A DNA stretch of 64,000 nucleotides from an uncultured delta proteobacterium (GTDB taxonomy: Bacteria; Myxococcota_A; Polyangia; Polyangiales; Polyangiaceae), in contig CAVQUB010000033.1 of the NCBI GenBank assembly GCA_963716725.1, forward strand, positions 76,665 through 140,664, read 5' to 3'. A model generated the notes under the pieces. It searched no databases. It was not told the DNA's origin and saw nothing but the letters and a program-made list of their open reading frames with translations. A program made the position numbers and the translations under genes. Position 1 is the stretch's first letter; each line of letters opens with the position of its first letter. Of the stretch, positions 10,950-20,122 are shown piece after piece.

Positions 10950-11786
10950 TCAGGTCTTGCTGGCGACCGCGCGCAAGAGATGCCGCTGCGCAAATGCGAA
11001 CACCACCAGGGCCGGCGCGCTGAGCAATACGTTGCCGGCCATCACGATGTGCCAGCGCACGCCGGTGCCCTGCTCCCGCAGGAGCGCGATGCCCAGGGGC
11101 AGGGTGCGGACGGCGTCGTCGGTGGTCATCACCAGCGGCCAGAAGTAGTCGTTCCAGTGGTAGACGAAGCTGAACAGGAAGAACGAGACCAGCGTTGGCT
11201 TGAGCATGGGCCCGAGCAGGCCGTAGATGATGCGCAGCTCGCTGGCGCCGTCCATGCGCGCGGCCTCGATCAGCGAGTCCGGGACGCTCATCAGCGCCTG
11301 CCGGATCAAGAACGTGCCGAACGCACTGACGCCGAAGGGCAAAATCAGCGCGGTCATGGTGTTGACCAGGCCGAGATCGGCGAGCAGGGCGAAGACCGGC
11401 ACGAAGCGAACCTGGGCCGGGATCAACAGCGTGGCGACGACCAGAGCAAAGGCCAGGCCGCGCCCGGTGAACTGCAGCTTGGCGAGGGCGTAGCCGGCGG
11501 GCAGCGCCACACCGATCTGAACCGCCGCGATGCCGAGGGCCATCAGCGTGGTGTTCCAGAAGTAGCGAGCGAGCGGCATTGCCTCGAGCACCGCTCGATA
11601 GGCCCCGAGCTCGAAGCCCGAGGGCAGCGGTGCGGTCGGAGCCTTGACGATCTCGGGCAGCGTCTTGAAGCTGGTCGAGAGCATCCAGAGGTAGGGCAGG
11701 AGCCAGACCGCGGCGACGAGCAGCAGGACGAGGTTGACGATGCCGTCTCGCAGCGGGCTCCGAAGGGTTCGGCTCTCGCGAGTCAT
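10950..11786 (-). CDS. Carbohydrate/glycerol-3-phosphate ABC transporter permease (UgpE/MalG-like)
   Basis: EAA loop IEAARMDGAS, WNDYFWPL, hydrophobic helices; start could also be 11789. Confidence 0.9.
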   Translation of the reverse strand: MTRESRTLRSPLRDGIVNLVLLLVAAVWLLPYLWMLSTSFKTLPEIVKAPTAPLPSGFELGAYRAVLEAMPLARYFWNTTLMALGIAAVQIGVALPAGYALAKLQFTGRGLAFALVVATLLIPAQVRFVPVFALLADLGLVNTMTALILPFGVSAFGTFLIRQALMSVPDSLIEAARMDGASELRIIYGLLGPMLKPTLVSFFLFSFVYHWNDYFWPLVMTTDDAVRTLPLGIALLREQGTGVRWHIVMAGNVLLSAPALVVFAFAQRHLLRAVASKT

Positions 11787-12652
11787 CAAGCGGCCCCCTT
11801 CTTGCGCCAGGCCCAGAGCTGCAGCGCCGTGAGCACCAGCAACAGCAGGAAGAACACGACGACCAGGGCGCTGGCGCGACCGACCCGCAGGTTCAGGAAG
11901 ACCTGCTCGTAGATCGCGTACACGAACACACTGGTCGAGCGCACCGGACCTCCCTGGGTCATCACCCGGACCACGTCGAAGACCTGAAAGCTGATGATCA
12001 GGCTGGTGGTGCCGACGAAGGCGGCGGTGGGTCGGAGCAGCGGCCAGGTGACGTTGACGAAGCGTTGCCAGGCGCCGGCGCCGTCCAGCGACGCCGCCTC
12101 GTAGAGCGAGCGTGGGATGTCCTGCAGCCCGGCCAAGAACAGGACCATCGAGTAGCCGGCGATCTTCCAGATCGTGACGCCGCTGAGGGCGTAGAGCGCC
12201 GACTTGGGATTTCCGAGCCAGTTGGTGGTGGGGATGCCCAAGGCGCGACAGAGCGCCGTGAACGCGCCGGCGTCAGCGTCGAGGACCCAGAGCCAGAGCA
12301 GCGCGACGCTGACCCAGGACACGACGTAGGCACTGAACACGGCGCTGCGCACGAAGCCGGCGAAGCGCGTCGGTCGATTCAGGGCAAGGGCCAGCGCCAG
12401 CCCAAGGGCCATGGACCCCAGCACGACGACGGCGCTCATGATAAGCGTGGTGCTGAGCGCGTGGCCAAGCTCGCCGGTGTCGATGAGCGCGCGGTAGTTG
12501 TCGAGCCCCACGTAGCGGGGCGGCGTGAGCAAGTCCCACTCGTAGAGGCTGCTCTTGGCCGCCTGGAGCAGCGGCACGAAGAAGAACACCACGAGCAGGA
12601 CCACGGTCGGCGCGAGCATCCACGCCGGATCGATGCGGCGGCTCGGTCGCAT
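11786..12652 (-). CDS. Carbohydrate/glycerol-3-phosphate ABC transporter permease (UgpA/MalF-like)
   Basis: YVGLDNY, FLAGLQDIPRSLYEAASLDGA, MTQGGP; ATG at 12652 overlaps the stop of the substrate-binding gene. Confidence 0.9.
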   Translation of the reverse strand: MRPSRRIDPAWMLAPTVVLLVVFFFVPLLQAAKSSLYEWDLLTPPRYVGLDNYRALIDTGELGHALSTTLIMSAVVVLGSMALGLALALALNRPTRFAGFVRSAVFSAYVVSWVSVALLWLWVLDADAGAFTALCRALGIPTTNWLGNPKSALYALSGVTIWKIAGYSMVLFLAGLQDIPRSLYEAASLDGAGAWQRFVNVTWPLLRPTAAFVGTTSLIISFQVFDVVRVMTQGGPVRSTSVFVYAIYEQVFLNLRVGRASALVVVFFLLLLVLTALQLWAWRKKGAA

Positions 12653-13918
12653 CAGCGCCACCTCTTGGCGAGCCTGCGCGCCTCGTCGAGGGAGGCCCGC
12701 GTGTCCTTGCCGCCGAGCACCGCGCCCTCGAGTCGCGGCTGTACGATCTCGCGCTGCACTCGGAAGAGCTCTGGCGACCAGGGCCAAGGGCGGGCGACGT
12801 CGAGCTGGTCGAGGGCCACGCGATCGTTGGGGTGCCTCGCGTAGTAGCCGTCGGTCTCGAGCTTTGCGATGGCAGCGCGCGTCACCGGCATGTAGCCGGT
12901 CTTGGTCGCCCAGGAGATGGCGTTTTCGGTCTGGTGCATGAAGCGCAGAAAGGCCCAGGCGGTCGGTTTTTGCGCCTGGGGTGCGGCGCGCAGCATGATC
13001 CAATGGGTGCCACCGGTCGGCACCGCTCGTCGGATGCTCAGCCGGGCAGCGGCGCCGCGACGACGGGAAAGGGCGCGTTCTCTTCCAGGTATTTCAGGAA
13101 CGCGGTGCTGGTCCAGATCATCGCCACACGCGAGCCGAGGAAGTCCTGGTTGGTCTGCTCCCAGGCGTTGTAGTCGCGGCCCGGTGGCGGCTTCATCGAG
13201 CGGTCTTCGAGCACGAGCGTCTTCCAGAAGTCGAGGGCTCGGACGCCGGCCTCGCCGCCGAGGCTCACGCTGCCGTCGGGCTCGACCACGTCGCCGCCGG
13301 CCTGACCGACCAGCGCCGCCCAGAACCACCAGTCGATGGGACAACCGAAGCCGTAGCGCGTGGTGCGTCCGCCCTGGTTCTCGGTGAAGGCCCGCGCCGT
13401 CTCGCGCAGCTCGATCCAGGTCTTGGGCGCGGAGAGCTTTCGCTCGGCAAAGAGCTTGCCGTTCAGATAGGCGATCGGCGTCGAGCGATTGAAGGGCAGG
13501 GTGACCAGCGGCCGATCGGCCCCGCCGATCCACGATCCGGCCTGTCCGAGGGCCGGCACGATGTCGAGGTCTGCCGCGCCCGGATAGGCGTCGAGGGGCT
13601 CGAGCACGTCGGCCTGCGGCCAGATAGGGCACGACCTCACCGACCACGTGGGAGAGCGCCGGGGCGCTTCGAGCTGCGATGGCCGTGCGCAGTTTCGCCA
13701 GGCCTTCGAAGTAGTCGCCCTGATAGATGGCGCGTGATCCAGTGCTCGCTCTGCGACTGGTTGAACGCCTTGACCAGTCCCTCGAGCACCTGCCGATTCT
13801 TGCCGCCGTAGGTGAACCAGAGCGGTGCGCTCTTGCGGCCGGGCGGCGCAGCGCCCGAAGCGCAGCCCGCCAGGCTCGCGGCAGCCAGCGCGAGGAACGC
13901 GCGGCGGCCGACCGTCAC
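12652..13918 (-). CDS. ABC transporter substrate-binding lipoprotein (UgpB-like), interrupted by three apparent frameshifts (~13733, ~13620, ~13040)
   Basis: Twin-Arg lipoprotein leader [19 protein letters not shown], then [24 protein letters not shown] and TGYMPV motifs, which are colinear but spread over three frames. Confidence 0.8.
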
Positions 13919-14976
13919 AGCGCCTTCCCCGTGTCCCGATCGAACCAGCGCACGTGCTCCCGAGAGAAGCCCACCGGGACGGATTCGTCGACGCCCGGCG
14001 CATCGAAGCCGGCGACCTTGGCGCGCAGCGTGACCGCGTCGATGGCGAGCTCGAGGTGGGACTCGCTGCCGTGGGGCTCGCTGCTCACCGCCCGAGCCTC
14101 GGCGCGAACGAGGCCATCGGCGTCGGCGCCGACGCGCAGGTGCTCGGGCCGGATCCCGAGCACGAGCCGTTCCCCGCTCGGCAGGAGCCTCGAGCGCAAA
14201 TCCGCCTGCGCGCACGCGATCACCGTCGCGGTCGGCGTCGATCAGGTTCATCGGGGGCGAGCCGAAGAAGCTCGCGACGAAAGTCGTGGCCGGCGCCTCG
14301 TAGATGCGTCGCGGCGTGTCGACCTGCTCGAGGCGACCCGCGCGGATGACCGCCACCCGATTCGAGAGCGTCATCGCTTCGGCTTGATCGTGGGTCACGT
14401 AGAGCGCGGTGGCCTCGAGCCGGCGCAGCAGCTTGCCGAGTTCGACGCGCAGCTCCGCGCGCAGCGCGGCGTCCAGGTTCGAGAGCGGCTCGTCGAACAG
14501 GAACACCGCGGTTCGCGCACGATGGCGCGGCCCATCGCCACGCGTTGCTGCTCGCCTCCGGAGAGCTCGGCGGGTCGGCGGTCGAGCAAGCGCGTGATGC
14601 TCAGCAGCTCGGCGGTCTTCGCCACCGTCGCCTCCCGCACGCTCGCGGCGACGCCGCGCATCTTGAGCGGAAAGCCCATGATCTCCCGGACTCGCATGTG
14701 CGGGTAGAGCGCGAAGCCCTGAAAGACCATGGACACGTCGCGGGCCTGCGGCGGCACTCGAGTCATTTCCTTGCCGCCGATCAGGACCTTGCCCCGGTCT
14801 GGGAAGTCCAGGCCCGCCACCATGCGAAGCGTCGTGCTCTTTCCACAGCCGCTCGGCCCGACCAGGCTCACCACCTCGCCCCGAGCCACCTCCAGGCTGA
14901 CGTCATCGACGGCTGGGCGATCCGCCCCGGAAAAACGTCGTACCAATCCTTCGAGCTGGACGTCGGAAGCGGGCAC
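13915..14976 (-). CDS. ABC transporter ATPase (UgpC/MalK-like), interrupted by two apparent frameshifts (~14510, ~14185)
   Basis: Walker [10 protein letters not shown] and signature [14 protein letters not shown] in frame 1; [10 protein letters not shown] and YVTHDQ in frame 2; GIRPEH and TOBE-like tail in frame 3. Confidence 0.85.
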
Positions 14977-15018
14977 GCGGGAGGTATACGGGAAAACGTC
15001 GCGGAGCAGGAAATTCGC
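14969..15018 (+). repeat. Degenerate direct repeat A, copy 1 (left of the GH5 cassette)
   Basis: gcgggcacgcgg (14969-14980) and gtcgcggagcaggaaattcgc (14998-15018) recur exactly at 16625-16636 and 16647-16667. Confidence 0.85.
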
Positions 15019-15278
15019 GGGTTATGCCCTCGCGCTCCTCGCAGCGGCAGGCCCTGACGCCGCGCCTCGGACGCACGCCGAATGCTCCGGGCCCGAACCC
15101 GTGGTCGGGCTACGACCACTCGCCGGGACACTCACCCGTGGGAACGTATTCGCCGGAACGAATGCGGGAGATCGCGGTGGTTTTCACGCGGCGGCGATCC
15201 GGTCCAGCGCCTTGCGCGCGCTGTCGGCGTCGACGATGATGATGGCGGCTGTCCCAACCGCAACCAAAAGAGGCGAAG

Positions 15279-16601
15279 ATGGAGCCGACCTTTCCGCATG
15301 TCTCCCTTGCCCTGTCGCTTTCGATGGGACTCGCACTCAACATCGCCGCGTGCGGGGGCGACGACGGATCCGGCAGCGAGGGCGGAAGCGCAAGCGGCGG
15401 GGTTGGCGGTACCGGCGGACTGGGTGGGGCGAGCGGCGGCGCGGGTGGTGCCGGCGGCACCGGCGGCATCGGTGGTGGCGCGGGCGGCACCGGCGGTAGC
15501 GCGGGCGGTGCGGGCGGTGCGGGTGGTGCCGGCGGCGCGGGTGGCGCCGGCGGTGGCAGTGGGGGTGCAGTGGCCCGCCCGAGCTACAACACAGGCAAGG
15601 GTTTCTTCACGCTCGACGGCAAGCTCTACGACGCAAACGGCGTCGAGTTTCGCATCAAAGGCGCAAATCGCGCGCACTACGACGTTGCGCCGAAGGGTGC
15701 CGCGCTAGCGAAAATCAATGCGTTCCGCCTCGGGACTCCGCTCTGGTCGGGCCCGGGGGCCGCAGTCATCGCGGACGTCGATGCCATGATCGCAAATCAC
15801 ATCGTACCCATCCTGGGACTGTGGTTCACGACCTCCGACTACTCCGAGGCGGGCAACGTGACGTGCAAGCCCTCCACGGGCGCCGGCCTCAACGTCTTCA
15901 ACACCGCGGTGAGCCAGTGGGTCACTTGGTATTCGACCTACCAATCCAAGGGCTACGAAAAGTACATGCTGCTCAACATCGCCAACGAGTGGGGGAGCGC
16001 GTGGAGCGCTGGAGATACCAGCTTTCTCACGGCCTATCAGGGCGCCATCGACACCCTGCGCCAGAAGGGCTTCCTGGCGACGCTGGTCATCGATGCCGGC
16101 GGGTGCGGACAAGACCCAGCCTCGCTGTTGAAGTTCGCACAAGCCCTGTACGACCACGATCCCCAGCACAACATCCTCTTCGATTTGCACATCTACGGGA
16201 ACTTCTGCGAGACCAGCCAGGGCGTTTCGTGTCAGTCGTGGCAGACGCCGCTCATGGCCACGTTCGACAGCTTGAAGGCGATCAAGTCGCCGAGTCATGG
16301 CGCCATTCCTTTTCTCGTCGGCGAGTTCGGGCCGGGGAAAGGCATCGGTCCGTCTCCGACCCAGCTCACCCCTGGCTACATCATTCAGCAGGCGAACACG
16401 CATGGCTTTGGCTGGCTGGCGTGGGCTTGGGACGACAACAACTTGCCGAACTGCTCGGCGAACGACGACGGCTTCGGCATGCTCACCCATGCCTGTCAGG
16501 GCTATGCCGCGAGCGCCGATCTCACCGCCTTTGGCAAGGACGTCATCGAAACCCCAAGCTATGGCACCCAGGCCAACGCCGTCCCGGCGACCGTCTTCTA
16601 G
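15279..16601 (+). CDS. Glycoside hydrolase family 5 (beta-mannanase/cellulase-like) lipoprotein with a Gly-rich linker
   Basis: Lipobox IAAC, Gly/Ala linker, NIANEWG (acid/base Glu), IDAGGCGQD, FDLHIYG, VGEFG (nucleophile Glu), GWLAWAW. Confidence 0.88.
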   Translation: MEPTFPHVSLALSLSMGLALNIAACGGDDGSGSEGGSASGGVGGTGGLGGASGGAGGAGGTGGIGGGAGGTGGSAGGAGGAGGAGGAGGAGGGSGGAVARPSYNTGKGFFTLDGKLYDANGVEFRIKGANRAHYDVAPKGAALAKINAFRLGTPLWSGPGAAVIADVDAMIANHIVPILGLWFTTSDYSEAGNVTCKPSTGAGLNVFNTAVSQWVTWYSTYQSKGYEKYMLLNIANEWGSAWSAGDTSFLTAYQGAIDTLRQKGFLATLVIDAGGCGQDPASLLKFAQALYDHDPQHNILFDLHIYGNFCETSQGVSCQSWQTPLMATFDSLKAIKSPSHGAIPFLVGEFGPGKGIGPSPTQLTPGYIIQQANTHGFGWLAWAWDDNNLPNCSANDDGFGMLTHACQGYAASADLTAFGKDVIETPSYGTQANAVPATVF

Positions 16602-16624
16602 TGGCGCGCCCCCGGACGCGTCCG

Positions 16625-16667
16625 GCGGGCACGCGGTACGGAAAGGGTCGCGGAGCAGGAAATTCGC
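16625..16667 (+). repeat. Degenerate direct repeat A, copy 2 (right of the GH5 cassette)
   Basis: Matches 14969-15018; ends 3 nt before the ATG at 16671. Confidence 0.85.
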
Positions 16668-16670
16668 CGG

Positions 16671-17930
16671 ATGCGCCAGAAACATCACCCCGGAGAGGTC
16701 ATCGGCCTCGCGCTCTTCGCGGCCCTGGGCTGTGACTCCCGCACTTCCGACGCGCCTGCTCTCGCCAACCCGGCGGCGGCCCCGGACCCACTGACGGCGA
16801 CGGCCCGAGCGAGCAGCAGCTCCGGCCCCGCCACCAGCGCCGGCGCGCCGGCCGCGTCGAGGCCGCCGGTCTCGGCGAGCTGCGCTGCGGGAATGGCGAA
16901 GATCCAGGGTGGTCCGTTCAAGGTCGGCAGCGACTCGCCGAGTTCAGCCCTCGAAGAGAGGCCCCGCTTCGAGACCGAGGTCGCGGCCTTCTGCCTCGAT
17001 CTCACCGAGGTGACCGTCGACGCGTACGCCGCCTGCCAGGGCTCGGGGAAGTGCGACGCACCGAGTGCCGAAGGACGATTCTGCAACACGCGCTTCGAGG
17101 ATCGCGGCGACCATCCCATGAACTGCGTGTCCTGGTACCAGGCCAAGGCCCACTGCGAGGCGCGCGGCGCGCGCTTGCCAAGCGAGCTCGAGTGGGAGTA
17201 CGCGGCCCGTGGCGGCGGCGAGTACCGCGCGTATTCCTGGGGCCCGGAGCCGCCCGATGGCCGCACCTGCTGGAAGCACATCGGTGGCTCATGCAAGATC
17301 AAGAGCTTCGCTACAGGGGCCTTCGGTCTGTACGACATGATCGGCAACGTCTGGGAGTGGACCGACGATTGGTTCGGCGACTACCCGTGGCCGCCTCCGA
17401 CGGGCAGCAACAAGGTCTACCGGGGCGGGAGCTGGAGTCGGCGCTTCGAGAAGTGGATGAGCCCGAAGCTCCGAAATCGTTGGCCGCCCAAGCTGTCGGG
17501 GTCGCACCTCGGGTTTCGCTGCGCATCGACGCCCGCAGATGCCGCCTGCCCATTCGGCCGGAGCGCGGACGGAAAGCGCTGTCTGCACGGGATCCGCTCC
17601 GTCACCTGTGCGGGACGCACGCGGTGGAACGGACAGCGCTGCGCCAACGATGGCCAGAGCGAGTGCCCAGCGGGGCGCGAAAAGCTCGCCGGTCACGGCT
17701 GCGTGCTCAGGCTCGACCCGAGGGGCCCGGCGCCCTCCACGGGTGCGTCGCCCGTGACGCGTGCGCGCACGCCGGGCTTCGACGCGGACTGCCAGGCGAA
17801 CAAGCCCGGGCGACCGAGCGCCTACCGCTACAGCGGCGGGACGCATCATGGGCGTAACCAAGTGAGCGCCCGCGCGGGTTGCTCCAATCGTGATGTCGGA
17901 GTGGGATGGAACTCGACTTGTTGCCCATGA
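16671..17930 (+). CDS. FGE-sulfatase (SUMF1-like, C-type lectin fold) domain lipoprotein with a Cys-rich C-terminal extension
   Basis: Lipobox ALGC, TEVTVDAY, RLPSELEWEYAARG, FGLYDMIGNVWEW, RGGSW, GFRCA. Confidence 0.88.
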   Translation: MRQKHHPGEVIGLALFAALGCDSRTSDAPALANPAAAPDPLTATARASSSSGPATSAGAPAASRPPVSASCAAGMAKIQGGPFKVGSDSPSSALEERPRFETEVAAFCLDLTEVTVDAYAACQGSGKCDAPSAEGRFCNTRFEDRGDHPMNCVSWYQAKAHCEARGARLPSELEWEYAARGGGEYRAYSWGPEPPDGRTCWKHIGGSCKIKSFATGAFGLYDMIGNVWEWTDDWFGDYPWPPPTGSNKVYRGGSWSRRFEKWMSPKLRNRWPPKLSGSHLGFRCASTPADAACPFGRSADGKRCLHGIRSVTCAGRTRWNGQRCANDGQSECPAGREKLAGHGCVLRLDPRGPAPSTGASPVTRARTPGFDADCQANKPGRPSAYRYSGGTHHGRNQVSARAGCSNRDVGVGWNSTCCP

Positions 17931-18679
17931 AGCGTTTGACCCTCGCGTTGGCGGTGATGGCTGGCTGCGCCGGCAGCGCGCCGTCGTCCCCGACCCAGCC
18001 GGTGGCCAGCGCGCGTGCCAGCGCTGCGCCCGCGCCCAGCGCGATCCCCAGCGCCGAGCCCGCGGCGGCGCCCGCGGCGGCGCCCAGTTCGAGCAGCGCC
18101 CCTCCGCCCGTCGAGCCCGCGCCCCCCGCGGTGTCGGAGCCGGCGCCGCTGCCCCAGGACACCGTGGTGTTGCACGTCGGCGACTCGATGGCGGGTGCGC
18201 TGGGCGTCGCGCTGAACGAAGAGTTCAAGCGTCACAAGGTCAAGGGCATGCTGCGTTTCAAGACGGCGAGCTACATCCCGGGCTGGGCGGGCGGCATGGA
18301 GTTGCCCTTGCACCTGTCGCAGCTGAAGCCCGATCTGGTGCTGATCACGCTCGGCACCAACGAGGTCAAAATGCCCGACCCGACGCAGCGCGCGCCGCTG
18401 GTGAAGAAGATCGTCAAGATGATCGGGGATCGCCCCTGCGTGTGGATCGCGCCGCCGATCTGGACCCAAGAGCGGGGCCTCTATCAGGTGATCCGTGAGA
18501 ACGTCGCGCCCTGCCGATACATGGACACCGAGGTCGTGTACCCCGAGATGCCGCGCCTCAACGACAAGATCCACCCCACGATCAACGCCCGAAAGGAGTG
18601 GGCCAAGCGCGTGGTGGCGTGGCTCGCGCGAGAGCGGCGGCCGGTGCCCGGGAAACCTTGGGCCTTGGCGCCGGAGTGA
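17927..18679 (+). CDS. SGNH/GDSL-family hydrolase lipoprotein
   Basis: Lipobox MAGC, Pro/Ala linker, GDSM, LGTNE, DKIHP; ATGA overlap with the previous gene. Confidence 0.82.
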   Translation: MKRLTLALAVMAGCAGSAPSSPTQPVASARASAAPAPSAIPSAEPAAAPAAAPSSSSAPPPVEPAPPAVSEPAPLPQDTVVLHVGDSMAGALGVALNEEFKRHKVKGMLRFKTASYIPGWAGGMELPLHLSQLKPDLVLITLGTNEVKMPDPTQRAPLVKKIVKMIGDRPCVWIAPPIWTQERGLYQVIRENVAPCRYMDTEVVYPEMPRLNDKIHPTINARKEWAKRVVAWLARERRPVPGKPWALAPE

Positions 18680-18703
18680 GCGAGCGGCGGCCGCGCGACA
18701 GGA

Positions 18704-20122
18704 TCACCAGCGCTGGCCCGGCGGCGCGCCCAGGAGCGGGGGAGCGCCTCCGACCACGGGGCGGGTGACGATGGTCCGGGACAGCTCGGCGTAGAGTGCC
18801 TTCATCCGTGCCAGCTCCTTCGGGTGGGACTGGGACAGTTCCCGGGTCTCGGCGAAATCTTTGCTGACGTCGTAGAGCTGGAACCGCCAGTCGTCCCCGA
18901 AGGCGATCAGCTTGTAGTCGCCGTCGATCAGCGCGCGGCGCCGGTCCATCAGATCGCAGCGCGGCAAGTCGACGATGACCGGGCGCGGGCGAGCTTCGGC
19001 GCCGAAGACTTCGGGCACGAGACTCGTGCCCCGGTAGTGGTCCTTCAGCGGCAAGCCCAAGAGGTCGGCCATGGTCGGCGCGAGATCGATGGCCCCCCGC
19101 GAAGCCTCGATGCGCCGGGCTTCCGCGCCCGGGACATAGATGAAGAGCGGGACCCGAACCAACGCCTCCCAGACTTCATAGGCGTGCCGCTGATGATCGT
19201 GCTCGCCGAAGCCTTCGCCGTGATCGGCGGTGATCACCACGGCCAAGTTCTTGCCCCAGGGCTGCTTCAGGCACCAATCCACCAAGTCGCCCACCCACCG
19301 ATCAGTGAAGTGCACCTCGTTGTCGTAGAGATCGCGGCGGGCGTCGCCAAAGTCGGGAGCCTCCGCGTGTTTGATGTACGTGTAGTGGGGATCCAGGAAG
19401 TGGTAGTAAGCGAAGAAGGGCTTCTTGCCCTCGGGGTCGACGTTCGCGGGGTCGGACAGCATCTTCTTCGCGAGCGCGTTCAGGCGGTCGCTGGTGATGT
19501 CAGCAACCCCGGTGAAGTCGATGGCGGTGCCCTCCAGCAAGCGGAAATCATCGAAGCCCTGGTTCACGCCGTAGGGCGGCGTGAAGTAGCCGTGGCCGTT
19601 TCCCGCCAGCGTGCGTACTCCCTGCTCCTGAGCCCGCTCCGTGATGAACACGTTGTCGTCGAACCAGTGCGTGAAGAACCAGCCGTCGCGCTTCAGCGCG
19701 CTCGGATAGTCGCCCACGAGGGTGGGCACCACGCTCTTGGCGGTGTAGCTCGACATCGAGTAGGCGCGCGGATAGAGCGTCGCGCGTTTCGCGAACTTGG
19801 CCAGCCAAGGTGCGATCTCACGCGGGTAGCCGGTCCAGGGCATGTCGGCGCGAAGGCTGTCCACCATCAGGAACAGCACGTTGTAGGGCCGCTTTGGCTC
19901 GGGCTTGGCCGTAGCGGCCGCGTCCTGCAGCGCGGGCGGCGCGACCGCGGCACTGGCAGCGGTCGCCGGCGCTTCGGGCGGGCGGCTTCCGCCGAGAAGC
20001 CCAGAGCCGCGAGCCCCCAGGCCTGCGAGGGCGGCTAGGCCGAGGGCGCCCAGGATCCAGGTCCTCGACTTCGACGCCTTCGACTGGTTTTCGGCGGGGT
20101 GCTTCAAAACGCTGGGCAGCAT
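18704..20122 (-). CDS. Sulfatase/alkaline phosphatase superfamily protein, membrane-anchored
   Basis: NVLFLMVDSLRAD, HFLDPH, YDNEV, TADHGEGFGEH, RVPLFI; no CxPxR motif (SYTAKS at the equivalent position). Confidence 0.85.
   Translation of the reverse strand: MLPSVLKHPAENQSKASKSRTWILGALGLAALAGLGARGSGLLGGSRPPEAPATAASAAVAPPALQDAAATAKPEPKRPYNVLFLMVDSLRADMPWTGYPREIAPWLAKFAKRATLYPRAYSMSSYTAKSVVPTLVGDYPSALKRDGWFFTHWFDDNVFITERAQEQGVRTLAGNGHGYFTPPYGVNQGFDDFRLLEGTAIDFTGVADITSDRLNALAKKMLSDPANVDPEGKKPFFAYYHFLDPHYTYIKHAEAPDFGDARRDLYDNEVHFTDRWVGDLVDWCLKQPWGKNLAVVITADHGEGFGEHDHQRHAYEVWEALVRVPLFIYVPGAEARRIEASRGAIDLAPTMADLLGLPLKDHYRGTSLVPEVFGAEARPRPVIVDLPRCDLMDRRRALIDGDYKLIAFGDDWRFQLYDVSKDFAETRELSQSHPKELARMKALYAELSRTIVTRPVVGGAPPLLGAPPGQRW

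Noticed and set aside
15019..15278. Riboswitch or ncRNA upstream of the GH5 gene
   Set aside because: Only a short hairpin (cgtattcg/cgaatgcg); no recognisable aptamer consensus
15370..15570. GGC-rich repeats (also 57450-57660) as non-coding repeat elements
   Set aside because: They encode Gly/Ala/Thr linkers between a lipobox and a catalytic domain
16605..16634. Intrinsic terminator after the GH5 gene (palindrome ccggacgcgtccgg, 16612-16625)
   Set aside because: GC hairpin without a U-tract and overlapping repeat A; insufficient support
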